Assembly (NCBI GenBank): GCA_964057225.1
Contig: OZ059897.1
Span: 868,001-932,000, forward strand
Direction of reading: 5' to 3'
DNA length: 64,000 bases
DNA from: Auanema rhodensis
Lineage: Eukaryota; Animalia; Nematoda
Position numbers and translations under genes: made by a program
The notes under the pieces: model-generated
What the model was told of the DNA's origin: nothing
The model's database searches: none
What the model saw: only the letters and a program-made list of their open reading frames with translations
Part shown: in pieces, positions 27,501 through 42,290 of the stretch
How positions within the stretch are numbered: the stretch's first letter is position 1
How the letters are laid out: every line of letters starts with the position of its first letter

Positions 27501-30500
27501 ACTCAACATACACTAATGCATAATTTTTTAAACAATCATAACTAATTTTTGTATTGAGCGTTTCTTAATGTATCATAGTGCATTCGATGCGGATTTTTAA
27601 GCTGCGTCGATCTGTGTTATCAGATTTGCGCTAGCTTAAAAATGCACCGAGATATCAACTGATATAAGTTCACACTTATATCCTCGATTTTCACCCTGAA
27701 GAATTAATTTTTTCGTTGATTAACATTGTCCATCGTCTTCGCCTTGAAAAAAGAAATCTAAAAACATCTACTTTTGGTAAAATTATTTTGAAATTTTTTG
27801 GCAAAATTTTTGTCAAAATGTTTTTGAGAGCAATGTTGAGTGTACATGGAAACTCAACATACACTAATGCAACATTTTTCAAACGATCATAACTAATTTT
27901 TGTATTGAGCGTTTCTTAATGTATTATAGTGCATTCGATGCGGATTTTTAAGCTGCTTCGATCTGTGTTATCAGATTTGCGCTAGCTTAAAAATGAACCG
28001 AGATATCAACTGATATAAGTTCACACTTATATCCTCGATTTTCACCCTGAAGAATTAATTTTTTCGTTGAATAACATTGTCCATCGTCTTCGCCTTGAAA
28101 AAAGAAATCTAAAAACATCTACTTTTGGTAAAATTATTTTGAAATTTTTCAGGAAAATTTTTGTCAAAATGTTTTTGGAATCAATGTTGAGTGTACATGG
28201 AAACTCAACATACACTAATGCATAATTATTTAAACGATCATAACTAATTTTTGTATTGAGCGTTTCTTAATGTATTATAGTGCATTCGATGCGGATTTTT
28301 AAGCTGCGTCGATCTGTGTTATCAGATTTGAGTTAGCTTAAAAATGCACCGAGATATCAACTGATATAAGTTCACACTTATATCCTCGATTTTCACCCTG
28401 AAGAATTAATTTTTTCGTTGAATAACATTGTCCATCGTCTTCGCCTTGAAAAAAGAAATCTAAAAACATCTACTTTTGGTAAAATTATTTTGAAATTTTT
28501 CAGGAAAATTTTTGTCAAAATGTTTTTGGAAGCAATGTTGAGTGTACATGGAAACTCAACATACACTAATGCATAATTTTTTAAACAATCATAACTAATT
28601 TTTGTATTGAGCGTTTCTTAATGTACTATAGTGCATTCGATGCGGATTTTTAAGCTGCGTCGATCTGTGTTATCAGATTTGCGCTAGCTGAAAAATGAAC
28701 CGAGATATCAACTGATATAAGTTCACACTTATATCCTCGATTTTCACCCTGAAGAATTAATTTTTTCGTTGAATAACATTGTCCATCGTCTTCGCCTTGA
28801 AAAAAGAAATCTAAAAACATCTACTTTTAGTAAAATTATTTTGAAATTTTTCAGGAAAATTTTTGTCAAAATGTTTTTGGAATCAATGTTGAGTGTACAT
28901 GGAAACTCAACATACACTAATGCATAATTATTTAAACGATCATAACTAATTTTTGTATTGAGCGTTTCTTAATGTATTATAGTGCATTCGATGCGGATTT
29001 TTAAGCTGCGTCGATCTGTGTTATCAGATTTGAGTTAGCTTAAAAATGCACCGAGATATCAACTGATATAAGTTCACACTTATATCCTCGATTTTCACCC
29101 TGAAGAATTAATTTTTTCGTTGAATAACATTGTCCATCGTCTTCGCCTTGAAAAAAGAAATCTAAAAACATCTACTTTTGGTAAAATTATTTTGAAATTT
29201 TTCAGGAAAATTTTTGTCAAAATGTTTTTGGAAGCAATGTTGAGTGTACATGGAAACTCAACATACACTAATGCATAATTTTTTAAACAATCATAACTAA
29301 TTTTTGTATTGAGCGTTTCTTAATGTATTATAGTGCATTCGATGCGGATTTTTAAGCTGCGTCGATCTGTGTTATCAGATTTGAGTTAGCTTAAAAATGC
29401 ACCGAGATATCAACTGATATAAGTTCACACTTATATCCTCGATTTTCACCCTGAAGAATTAATTTTTTCGTTGAATAACATTGTCCATCGTCTTCGCCTT
29501 GAAAAAAGAAATCTAAAAACATCTACTTTTGGTAAAATTATTCTGAAATTTTTCAGGAAAATTTTTGTCAAAATGTTTTTGGAATCAATGTTGAGTGTAC
29601 ATGGAAACTCAACATACACTAATGCATAATTATTTAAACGATCATAACTAATTTTTGTATTGAGCGTTTCTTAATGTATTATAGTGCATTCGATGCGGAT
29701 TTTTAAGCTGCGTCGATCTGTGTTATCAGATTTGAGTTAGCTTAAAAATGCACCGAGATATCAACTGATATAAGTTCACACTTATATCCTCGATTTTCAC
29801 CCTGAAGAATTAATTTTTTCGTTGAATAACATTGTCCATCGTCTTCGCCTTGAAAAAAGAAATCTAAAAACATCTACTTTTGGTAAAATTATTTTGAAAT
29901 TTTTCAGGAAAATTTTTGTCAAAATGTTTTTGGAAGCAATGTTGAGTGTACATGGAAACTCAACATACACTAATGCATAATTTTTTAAACAATCATAACT
30001 AATTTTTGTATTGAGCGTTTCTTAATGTATTATAGTGCATTCGATGCGGATTTTTAAGCTGCGTCGATCTGTGTTATCAGATTTGAGTTAGCTTAAAAAT
30101 GCACCGAGATATCAACTGATATAAGTTCACACTTATATCCTCGATTTTCACCCTGAAGAATTAATTTTTTCGTTGAATAACATTGTCCATCGTCTTCGCC
30201 TTGAAAAAAGAAATCTAAAAACATCTACTTTTGGTAAAATTATTCTGAAATTTTTCAGGAAAATTTTTGTCAAAATGTTTTTGGAATCAATGTTGAGTGT
30301 ACATGGAAACTCAACATACACTAATGCATAATTTTTTAAACGATCATAACTAATTTTTGTATTGAGCGTTTCTTTATGTATTATAGTGCATTCGATGCGG
30401 ATTTTTAAGCTGCGTCGATCTGTGTTATCAGATTTGAGTTAGCTTAAAAATGCACCGAGATATCAACTGATATAAGTTCACACTTATATCCTCGATTTTC

Positions 30501-33500
30501 ACCCTGAAGAATTAATTTTTTCGTTGATTAACATTGTCCATTGTCTTTGCCTTGAAAAAAGGAATCTAAAAACATCTAATTTTTGTGAAATTATTTTGAA
30601 ATTTTTTGGCAAAATTTTTGTCAAAATGTTTTTGAAAGCAATGTTGAGTGTACATGGAAACTCAACATACACTAATGCAACATTTTTCAAACGATCATAA
30701 CTAATTTTTGTATTGAGCGTTTCTTAATGTATTATAGTGCATTCGATGCGGATTTTTAAGCTGCTTCGATCTGTGTTATCAGATTTGCGCTAGCTTAAAA
30801 ATGAACCGAGATATCAACTGATATAAGTTCACACTTATATCCTCGATTTTCACCCTGAAGAATTAATTTTTTCGTTGAATAACATTGTCCATCGTCTTCG
30901 CCTTGAAAAAAGAAATCTAAAAACATCTACTTTTGGTAAAATTATTTTGAAATTTTTCAGGAAAATTTTTGTCAAAATGTTTTTGGAAGCAATGTTGAGT
31001 GTACATGGAAACTCAACATACACTAATGCATAATTTTTTAAACAATCATAACTAATTTTTGTATTGAGCGTTTCTTAATGTATTATAGTGCATTCGATGC
31101 GGATTTTTAAGCTGCGTCGATCTGTGTTATCAGATTTGAGTTAGCTTAAAAATGCACCGAGATATCAACTGATATAAGTTCACACTTATATCCTCGATTT
31201 TCACCCTGAAGAATTAATTTTTTCGTTGAATAACATTGTCCATCGTCTTCGCCTTGAAAAAAGAAATCTAAAAACATCTACTTTTGGTAAAATTATTTTG
31301 AAATTTTTCAGGAAAATTTTTGTCAAAATGTTTTTGGAATCAATGTTGAGTGTACATGGAAACTCAACATACACTAATGCATAATTATTTAAACGATCAT
31401 AACTAATTTTTGTATTGAGCGTTTCTTAATGTATTATAGTGCATTCGATGCGGATTTTTAAGCTGCGTCGATCTGTGTTATCAGATTTGAGTTAGCTTAA
31501 AAATGCACCGAGATATCAACTGATATAAGTTCACACTTATATCCTCGATTTTCACCCTGAAGAATTAATTTTTTCGTTGAATAACATTGTCCATCGTCTT
31601 CGCCTTGAAAAAAGAAATCTAAAAACATCTACTTTTGGTAAAATTATTTTGAAATTTTTCAGGAAAATTTTTGTCAAAATGTTTTTGGAAGCAATGTTGA
31701 GTGTACATGGAAACTCAACATACACTAATGCATAATTTTTTAAACAATCATAACTAATTTTTGTATTGAGCGTTTCTTAATGTATTATAGTGCATTCGAT
31801 GCGGATTTTTAAGCTGCTTCGATCTGTGTTATCAGATTTGCGCTAGCTTAAAAATGAACCGAGATATCAAATGATATAAGTTCACACTTATATCCTCGAT
31901 TTTCACCCTGAAGAATTAATTTTTTCGTTGAATAACATTGTCCATCGTCTTCGCCTTGAAAAAAGAAATCTAAAAACATCTACTTTTGGTAAAATTATTT
32001 TGAAATTTTTCAGGAAAATTTTTGTCAAAATGTTTTTGGAATCAATGTTGAGTGTACATGGAAACTCAACATACACTAATGCATAATTATTTAAACGATC
32101 ATAACTAATTTTTGTATTGAGCGTTTCTTAATGTATTATAGTGCATTCGATGCGGATTTTTAAGCTGCGTCGATCTGTGTTATCAGATTTGAGTTAGCTT
32201 AAAAATGCACCGAGATATCAACTGATATAAGTTCACACTTATATCCTCGATTTTCACCCTGAAGAATTAATTTTTTCGTTGAATAACATTGTCCATCGTC
32301 TTCGCCTTGAAAAAAGAAATCTAAAAACATCTACTTTTGGTAAAATTATTCTGAAATTTTTCAGGAAAATTTTTGTCAAAATGTTTTTGGAATCAATGTT
32401 GAGTGTACATGGAAACTCAACATACACTAATGCATAATTTTTTAAACGATCATAACTAATTTTTGTATTGAGCGTTTCTTTATGTATTATAGTGCATTCG
32501 ATGCGGATTTTTAAGCTGCGTCGATCTGTGTTATCAGATTTGAGTTAGCTTAAAAATGCACCGAGATATCAACTGATATAAGTTCACACTTATATCCTCG
32601 ATTTTCACCCTGAAGAATTAATTTTTTCGTTGATTAACATTGTCCATCGTCTTTGCCTTGAAAAAAGGAATCTAAAAACATCTAATTTTTGTGAAATTAT
32701 TTTGAAATTTTTTGGCAAAATTTTTGTCAAAATGTTTTTGAAAGCAATGTTGAGTGTACATGGAAACTCAACATACACTAATGCAACATTTTTCAAACGA
32801 TCATAACTAATTTTTGTATTGAGCGTTTCTTAATGTATTATAGTGCATTCGATGCGGATTTTTAAGCTGCTTCGATCTGTGTTATCAGATTTGCGCTAGC
32901 TTAAAAATGAACCGAGATATCAACTGATATAAGTTCACACTTATATCCTCGATTTTCACCCTGAAGAATTAATTTTTTCGTTGAATAACATTGTCCATCG
33001 TCTTCGCCTTGAAAAAAGAAATCTAAAAACATCTACTTTTGGTAAAATTATTTTGAAATTTTTCAGGAAAATTTTTGTCAAAATGTTTTTGGAAGCAATG
33101 TTGAGTGTACATGGAAACTCAACATACACTAATGCATAATTTTTTAAACAATCATAACTAATTTTTGTATTGAGCGTTTCTTAATGTATTATAGTGCATT
33201 CGATGCGGATTTTTAAGCTGCGTTGATCTGTGTTATCAGATTTGAGTTAGCTTAAAAATGCACCGAGATATCAACTGATATAAGTTCACACTTATATCCT
33301 CGATTTTCACCCTGAAGAATTAATTTTTTCGTTGAATAACATTGTCCATCGTCTTCGCCTTGAAAAAAGAAATCTAAAAACATCTACTTTTGGTAAAATT
33401 ATTCTGAAATTTTTCAGGAAAATTTTTGTCAAAATGTTTTTGGAATCAATGTTGAGTGTACATGGAAACTCAACATACACTAATGCATAATTTTTTAAAC

Positions 33501-36500
33501 GATCATAACTAATTTTTGTATTGAGCGTTTCTTTATGTATTATAGTGCATTCGATGCGGATTTTTAAGCTGCGTCGATCTGTGTTATCAGATTTGAGTTA
33601 GCTTAAAAATGCACCGAGATATCAACTGATATAAGTTCACACTTATATCCTCGATTTTCACCCTGAAGAATTAATTTTTTCGTTGAATAACATTGTCCAT
33701 CGTCTTCGCCTTGAAAAAAGAAATCTAAAAACATCTACTTTTGGTAAAATTATTTTGAAATTTTTCAGGAAAATTTTTGTCAAAATGTTTTTGGAAGCAA
33801 TGTTGAGTGTACATGGAAACTCAACATACACTAATGCATAATTTTTTAAACAATCATAACTAATTTTTGTATTGAGCGTTTCTTAATGTATTATAGTGCA
33901 TTCGATGCGGATTTTTAAGCTGCGTCGATCTGTGTTATCAGATTTGAGTTAGCTTAAAAATGCACCGAGATATCAACTGATATAAGTTCACACTTATATC
34001 CTCGATTTTCACCCTGAAGAATTAATTTTTTCGTTGAATAACATTGTCCATCGTCTTCGCCTTGAAAAAAGAAATCTAAAAACATCTACTTTTGGTAAAA
34101 TTATTTTGAAATTTTTCAGGAAAATTTTTGTCAAAATGTTTTTGGAAGCAATGTTGAGTGTACATGGAAACTCAACATACACTAATGCATAATTTTTTAA
34201 ACAATCATAACTAATTTTTGTATTGAGCGTTTCTTAATGTATTATAGTGCATTCGATGCGGATTTTTAAGCTGCTTCGATCTGTGTTATCAGATTTGCGC
34301 TAGCTTAAAAATGAACCGAGATATCAACTGATATAAGTTCACACTTATATCCTCGATTTTCACCCTGAAGAATTAATTTTTTCGTTGAATAACATTGTCC
34401 ATCGTCTTCGCCTTGCAAAAAGAAATCTAAAAACATCTACTTTTGGTAAAATTATTTTGAAATTTTTCAGGAAAATTTTTGTCAAAATGTTTTTGGAATC
34501 AATGTTGAGTGTACATGGAAACTCAACATACACTAATGCATAATTATTTAAACGATCATAACTAATTTTTGTATTGAGCGTTTCTTAATGTATTATAGTG
34601 CATTCGATGCGGATTTTTAAGCTGCGTCGATCTGTGTTATCAGATTTGAGTTAGCTTAAAAATGCACCGAGATATCAACTGATATAAGTTCACACTTATA
34701 TCCTCGATTTTCACCCTGAAGAATTAATTTTTTCGTTGAATAACATTGTCCATCGTCTTCGCCTTGAAAAAAGAAATCTAAAAACATCTACTTTTGGTAA
34801 AATTATTTTGAAATTTTTCAGGAAAATTTTTGTCAAAATGTTTTTGGAAGCAATGTTGAGTGTACATGGAAACTCAACATACACTAATGCATAATTTTTT
34901 AAACAATCATAACTAATTTTTGTATTGAGCGTTTCTTAATGTATTATAGTGCATTCGATGCGGATTTTTAAGCTGCGTCGATCTGTGTTATCAGATTTGA
35001 GTTAGCTTAAAAATGCACCGAGATATCAACTGATATAAGTTCACACTTATATCCTCGATTTTCACCCTGAAGAATTAATTTTTTCGTTGAATAACATTGT
35101 CCATCGTCTTCGCCTTGAAAAAAGAAATCTAAAAACATCTACTTTTGGTAAAATTATTCTGAAATTTTTCAGGAAAATTTTTGTCAAAATGTTTTTGGAA
35201 TCAATGTTGAGTGTACATGGAAACTCAACATACACTAATGCATAATTTTTTAAACGATCATAACTAATTTTTGTATTGAGCGTTTCTTTATGTATTATAG
35301 TGCATTCGATGCGGATTTTTAAGCTGCGTCGATCTGTGTTATCAGATTTGAGTTAGCTTAAAAATGCACCGAGATATCAACTGATATAAGTTCACACTTA
35401 TATCCTCGATTTTCACCCTGAAGAATTAATTTTTTCGTTGATTAACATTGTCCATCGTCTTTGCCTTGAAAAAAGGAATCTAAAAACATCTAATTTTTGT
35501 GAAATTATTTTGAAATTTTTTGGCAAAATTTTTGTCAAAATGTTTTTGAAAGCAATGTTGAGTGTACATGGAAACTCAACATACACTAATGCAACATTTT
35601 TCAAACGATCATAACTAATTTTTGTATTGAGCGTTTCTTAATGTATTATAGTGCATTCGATGCGGATTTTTAAGCTGCTTCGATCTGTGTTATCAGATTT
35701 GCGCTAGCTTAAAAATGAACCGAGATATCAACTGATATAAGTTCACACTTATATCCTCGATTTTCACCCTGAAGAATTAATTTTTTCGTTGAATAACATT
35801 GTCCATCGTCTTCGCCTTGAAAAAAGAAATCTAAAAACATCTACTTTTGGTAAAATTATTTTGAAATTTTTCAGGAAAATTTTTGTCAAAATGTTTTTGG
35901 AAGCAATGTTGAGTGTACATGGAAACTCAACATACACTAATGCATAATTTTTTAAACAATCATAACTAATTTTTGTATTGAGCGTTTCTTGATGTATTAT
36001 AGTGCATTCGATGCGGATTTTTAAGCTGCGTTGATCTGTGTTATCAGATTTGAGTTAGCTTAAAAATGCACCGAGATATCAACTGATATAAGTTCACACT
36101 TATATCCTCGATTTTCACCCTGAAGAATTAATTTTTTCGTTGAATAACATTGTCCATCGTCTTCGCCTTGAAAAAAGAAATCTAAAAACATCTACTTTTG
36201 GTAAAATTATTCTGAAATTTTTCAGGAAAATTTTTGTCAAAATGTTTTTGGAATCAATGTTGAGTGTACATGGAAACTCAACATACACTAATGCATAATT
36301 TTTTAAACGATCATAACTAATTTTTGTATTGAGCGTTTCTTTATGTATTATAGTGCATTCGATGCGGATTTTTAAGCTGCGTCGATCTGTGTTATCAGAT
36401 TTGAGTTAGCTTAAAAATGCACCGAGATATCAACTGATATAAGTTCACACTTATATCCTCGATTTTCACCCTGAAGAATTAATTTTTTCGTTGAATAACA

Positions 36501-38829
36501 TTGTCCATCGTCTTCGCCTTGAAAAAAGAAATCTAAAAACATCTACTTTTGGTAAAATTATTTTGAAATTTTTCAGGAAAATTTTTGTCAAAATGTTTTT
36601 GGAAGCAATGTTGAGTGTACATGGAAACTCAACATACACTAATGCATAATTTTTTAAACAATCATAACTAATTTTTGTATTGAGCGTTTCTTAATGTATT
36701 ATAGTGCATTCGATGCGGATTTTTAAGCTGCGTCGATCTGTGTTATCAGATTTGAGTTAGCTTGAAAATGCACCGAGATATCAACTGATATAAGTTCACA
36801 CTTATATCCTCGATTTTCACCCTGAAGAATTAATTTTTTCGTTGAATAACATTGTCCATCGTCTTCGCCTTGAAAAAAGAAATCTAAAAACATCTACTTT
36901 TGGTAAAATTATTCTGAAATTTTTCAGGAAAATTTTTGTCAAAATGTTTTTGGAATCAATGTTGAGTGTACATGGAAACTCAACATACACTAATGCATAA
37001 TTTTTTAAACGATCATAACTAATTTTTGTATTGAGCGTTTCTTTATGTATTATAGTGCATTCGATGCGGATTTTTAAGCTGCGTCGATCTGTGTTATCAG
37101 ATTTGAGTTAGCTTAAAAATGCACCGAGATATCAACTGATATAAGTTCACACTTATATCCTCGATTTTCACCCTGAAGAATTAATTTTTTCGTTGATTAA
37201 CATTGTCCATCGTCTTTGCCTTGAAAAAAGGAATCTAAAAACATCTACTTTTAGTAAAATTATCTTGAAATTTTTCAGGAAAATTTTTGTCAAAATGTTT
37301 TTGGAAGCAATGTTGAGTGTACATGGAAACTCAACATACACTAATGCATAATTTTTCAAACGATCATAACTAATTTTTGTATTGAGCGTTTCTTAATGTA
37401 TTATAGTGCATTCGATGCGGATTTTTAAGCTGCTTCGATCTGTGTTATCAGATTTGCGCTAGCTTAAAAATGAACCGAGATATCAACTGATATAAGTTCA
37501 CACTTATATCCTCGATTTTCACCCTGAAGAATTAATTTTTTCGTTGAATAACATTGTCCATCGTCTTCGCCTTGAAAAAAGAAATCTAAAAACATCTACT
37601 TTTAGTAAAATTATCTTGAAATTTTTCAGGAAAATTTTTGTCAAAATGTTTTTGGAAGCAATGTTGAGTGTACATGGAAACTCAACATACACTAATGCAA
37701 CATTTTTCAAACGATCATAACTAATTTTTGTATTGAGCGTTTCTTAATGTATTATAGTGCATTCGATGCGGATTTTTAAGCTGCTTCGATCTGTGTTATC
37801 AGATTTGCGCTAGCTTAAAAATGAACCGAGATATCAACTGATATAAGTTCACACTTATATCCTCGATTTTCACCCTGAAGAATTAATTTTTTCGTTGAAT
37901 AACATTGTCCATCGTCTTCGCCTTGAAAAAAGAAATCTAAAAACATCTACTTTTAGTAAAATTATCTTGAAATTTTTCAGGAAAATTTTTGTCAAAATGT
38001 TTTTGGAAGCAATGTTGAGTGTACATGGAAACTCAACATACACTAATGCATAATTTTTTAAACAATCATAACTAATTTTTGTATTGAGCGTTTCTTAATG
38101 TATCATAGTACATTCGATGCGGATTTTTAAGCTGCGTCGATCTGTGTTCTCAGATTTGAGTTAGCTTAAAAATGCACCGAGATATCAACTGATATAAGTT
38201 CACACTTATATCCTCGATTTTCACCCTGAAGAATTAATTTTTTCGTTGAATAACATTGTCCATCGTCTTCGCCTTGAAAAAAGGAATCTAAAAACATCTA
38301 CTTTTTGTGAAATTATTTTGAAATTTTTTGGCAAAATTTTTGTCAAAATGTTTTTGAAAGCAATGTTGAGTGTACATGGAAACTCAACATACACTAATGC
38401 AACATTTTTCAAACGATCATAACTAATTTTTGTATTGAGCGTTTCTGAATGTATTATAGTGCATTCGATGCGGATTTTTAAGCTGCTTCGATCTGTGTTA
38501 TCAGATTTGCGCTAGCTTAAAAATGCACCGAGATATCAACTGATATAAGTTCACACTTATATCCTCGATTTTCACCCTGAAGAATTAATTTTTTCGTTGA
38601 ATAACATTGTCCATCGTCTTCGCCTTGAAAAAAGAAATCTAAAAACATCTACTTTTGGTAAAATTATTTTGAAATTTTTCAGGAAAATTTTTGTCAAAAT
38701 GTTTTTGGAAGCAATGTTGAGTGTACATGGAAACTCAACATACACTAATGCATAATTTTTTAAACAATCATAACTAATTTTTGTATTGAGCGTTTCTTAA
38801 TGAATCATAGTGCATTCGATGCGGATTTT

Positions 38830-41800
38830 TAAGCTGCGTCGATCTGTGTTATCAGATTTGAGTTAGCTTAAAAATGCACCGAGATATCAACTGATATAAG
38901 TTCACACTTATATCCTCGATTTTCAACCTGAAGAATTAATTTTTTCGTTGAATAACATTGTCCATCGTCTTCGCCTTGAAAAAAGAAATCTAAAAACATC
39001 TACTTTTGGTAAAATTATTTTGAAATTTTTCAGGAAAATTTTTGTCAAAATGTTTTTGGAATCAATGTTGAGTGTACATGGAAACTCAACATACACTAAT
39101 GCATAATTATTTAAACGATCATAACTAATTTTTGTATTGAGCGTTTCTTAATGTATTATAGTGCATTCGATGCGGATTTTTAAGCTGCGTCGATCTGTGT
39201 TATCAGATTTGAGTTAGCTTAAAAATGCACCGAGATATCAACTGATATAAGTTCACACATATATCCTCGATTTTCACCCTGAAGAATTAATTTTTTCGTT
39301 GAATAACATTGTCCATCGTCTTCGCCTTAAAAAAAGAAATCTAAAAACATCTACTTTTGGTAAAATTATTTTGAAATTTTTCAGGAAAATTTTTGTCAAA
39401 ATGTTTTTGGAAGCAATGTTGAGTGTACATGGAAACTCAACATACACTAATGCATAATTTTTTAAACAATCATAACTAATTTTTGTATTGAGCGTTTCTT
39501 AATGTATCATAGTGCATTCGATGCGGATTTTTAAGCTGCTTCGATCTGTGTTATCAGATTTGCGCTAGCTTCAAAATGCACCGAGATATCAACTGATATA
39601 AGTTCACACTTATATCCTCGATTTTCACCCTGAAGAATTAATTTTTTCGTTGAATAACATTGTCCATCGTCTTCGCCTTGAAAAAAGAAATCTAAAAACA
39701 TCTACTTTTGGTAAAATTATTTTGAAATTTTTCAGGAAAATTTTTGTCAAAATGTTTTTGAAAGCAATGTTGAGTGTACATGGAAACTCAACATACACTA
39801 ATGCATAATTTTTTAAACAATCATAACTAATTTTTGTATTGAGCGTTTCTTAATGTATTATAGTGCATTCGATGCGGATTTTTAAGCTGCGTCGATCTGT
39901 GTTATCAGATTTGAGTTAGCTTAAAAATGCACCGAGATATCAACTGATATAAGTTCACACTTATATCCTCGATTTTCACCCTGAAGAATTAATTTTTTCG
40001 TTGATTAACATTGTCCATCGTCTTTGCCTTGAAAAAAGGAATCTAAAAACATCTAATTTTTGTGAAATTATTTTGAAATTTTTTGGCAAAATTTTTGTCA
40101 AAATGTTTTTGAAAGCAATGTTGAGTGAACATGGAAACTCAACATACACTAATGCAACATTTTTCAAACGATCATAACTAATTTTTGTATTGAGCGTTTC
40201 TGAATGTATTATAGTGCATTCGATGCGGATTTTTAAGCTGCTTCGATCTGTGTTATCAGATTTGCGCTAGCTTAAAAATGCACCGAGATATCAACTGATA
40301 TAAGTTCACACTTATATCCTCGATTTTCACCCTGAAGAATTAATTTTTTCGTTGATTAACATTGTCCATCGTCTTTGCCTTGAAAAAAGGAATCTAAAAA
40401 CATCTACTTTTTGTGAAATTATTTTGAAATTTTTTGGCAAAATTTTTGTCAAAATGTTTTTGAAAGCAATGTTGAGTGTACATGGAAACTCAACATACAC
40501 TAATGCAACATTTTTCAAACGATCATAACTAATTTCTGTAAATAGCGTTTCTCAATGTAGTATAGTGCATTCGATGCGGATTTTTAAGCTGCGTCGATCT
40601 GTGTTATCAGATTTGAGTTAGCTTAAAAATGCACCGAGATATCAACTGATATAAGTTCACACTTATATCCTCGATTTTCAACCTGAAGAATTAATTTTTT
40701 CGTTGAATAACATTGTCCATCGTCTTCGCCTTGAAAAAAGAAATCTAAAAACATCTACTTTTGGTAAAATTATTTTGAAATTTTTCAGGAAAATTTTTGT
40801 CAAAATGTTTTTGGAATCAATGTTGAGTGTACATGGAAACTCAACATACACTAATGCATAATTATTTAAACGATCATAACTAATTTTTGTATTGAGCGTT
40901 TCTTAATGTATTATAGTGCATTCGATGCGGATTTTTAAGCTGCGTCGATCTGTGTTATCAGATTTGAGTTAGCTTAAAAATGCACCGAGATATCAACTGA
41001 TATAAGTTCACACATATATCCTCGATTTTCACCCTGAAGAATTAATTTTTTCGTTGAATAACATTGTCCATCGTCTTCGCCTTGAAAAAAGAAATCTAAA
41101 AACATCTACTTTTGGTAAAATTATTTTGAAATTTTTTAGGAAAATTTTTGTCAAAATGTTTTTGGAAGCAATGTTGAGTGTACATGGAAACTCAACATAC
41201 ACTAATGCATAATTTTTTAAACAATCATAACTAATTTTTGTATTGAGCGTTTCTTAATGTATCATAGTGCATTCGATGCGGATTTTTAAGCTGCTTCGAT
41301 CTGTGTTATCAGATTTGCGCTAGCTTCAAAATGCACCGAGATATCAACTGATATAAGTTCACACTTATATCCTCGATTTTCACCCTGAAGAATTAATTTT
41401 TTCGTTGAATAACATTGTCCATCGTCTTCGCCTTGAAAAAAGAAATCTAAAAACATCTACTTTTGGTAAAATTATTTTGAAATTTTTCAGGAAAATTTTT
41501 GTCAAAATGTTTTTGAAAGCAATGTTGAGTGTACATGGAAACTCAACATACACTAATGCAACATTTTTCAAACGATCATAACTAATTTTTGTATTGAGCG
41601 TTTCTTAATGTATTATAGTGCATTCGATGCGGATTTTTAAGCTGCGTCGATCTGTGTTATCAGATTTGAGTTAGCTTAAAAATGCACCGAGATATCAACT
41701 GATATAAGTTCACACTTATATCCTCGATTTTCACCCTGAAGAATTAATTTTTTCGTTGATTAACATTGTCCATCGTCTTTGCCTTGAAAAAAGGAATCTA

Positions 41801-42290
41801 AAAACATCTAATTTTTGTGAAATTATTTTGAAATTTTTTGGCAAAATTTTTGTCAAAATGTTTTTGAAAGCAATGTTGAGTGAACATGGAAACTCAACAT
41901 ACACTAATGCAACATTTTTCAAACGATCATAACTAATTTTTGTATTGAGCGTTTCTGAATGTATTATAGTGCATTCGATGCGGATTTTTAAGCTGCTTCG
42001 ATCTGTGTTATCAGATTTGCGCTAGCTTAAAAATGCACCGAGATATCAACTGATATAAGTTCACACTTATATCCTCGATTTTCACCCTGAAGAATTAATT
42101 TTTTCGTTGATTAACATTGTCCATCGTCTTTGCCTTGAAAAAAGGAATCTAAAAACATCTACTTTTTGTGAAATTATTTTGAAATTTTTTGGCAAAATTT
42201 TTGTCAAAATGTTTTTGAAAGCAATGTTGAGTGTACATGGAAACTCAACATACACTAATGCAACATTTTTCAAACGATCATAACTAATTT
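38830..42290. repeat. 5-monomer (1755 bp) tandem duplication within array 1
   Basis: Four private SNPs each occur twice, 1755 bp apart: TCAACCTG 38926/40681, CACACATAT 39259/41014, GCTTCAAAA 39572/41327 and GTGAACATG 40128/41883. Confidence 0.92.

Noticed and set aside
313-42273. 38 near-identical 63-aa minus-strand ORFs (MKNVALVYVEF...)
   Set aside because: The 'M' is a TTG created by one C/T SNP (TTTTTCAAAC vs TTTTTTAAAC), so the ORF simply tracks a monomer subtype. The peptide is K/F/I/N-rich, as expected from A/T tracts, with no domain I recognise and no gene context.
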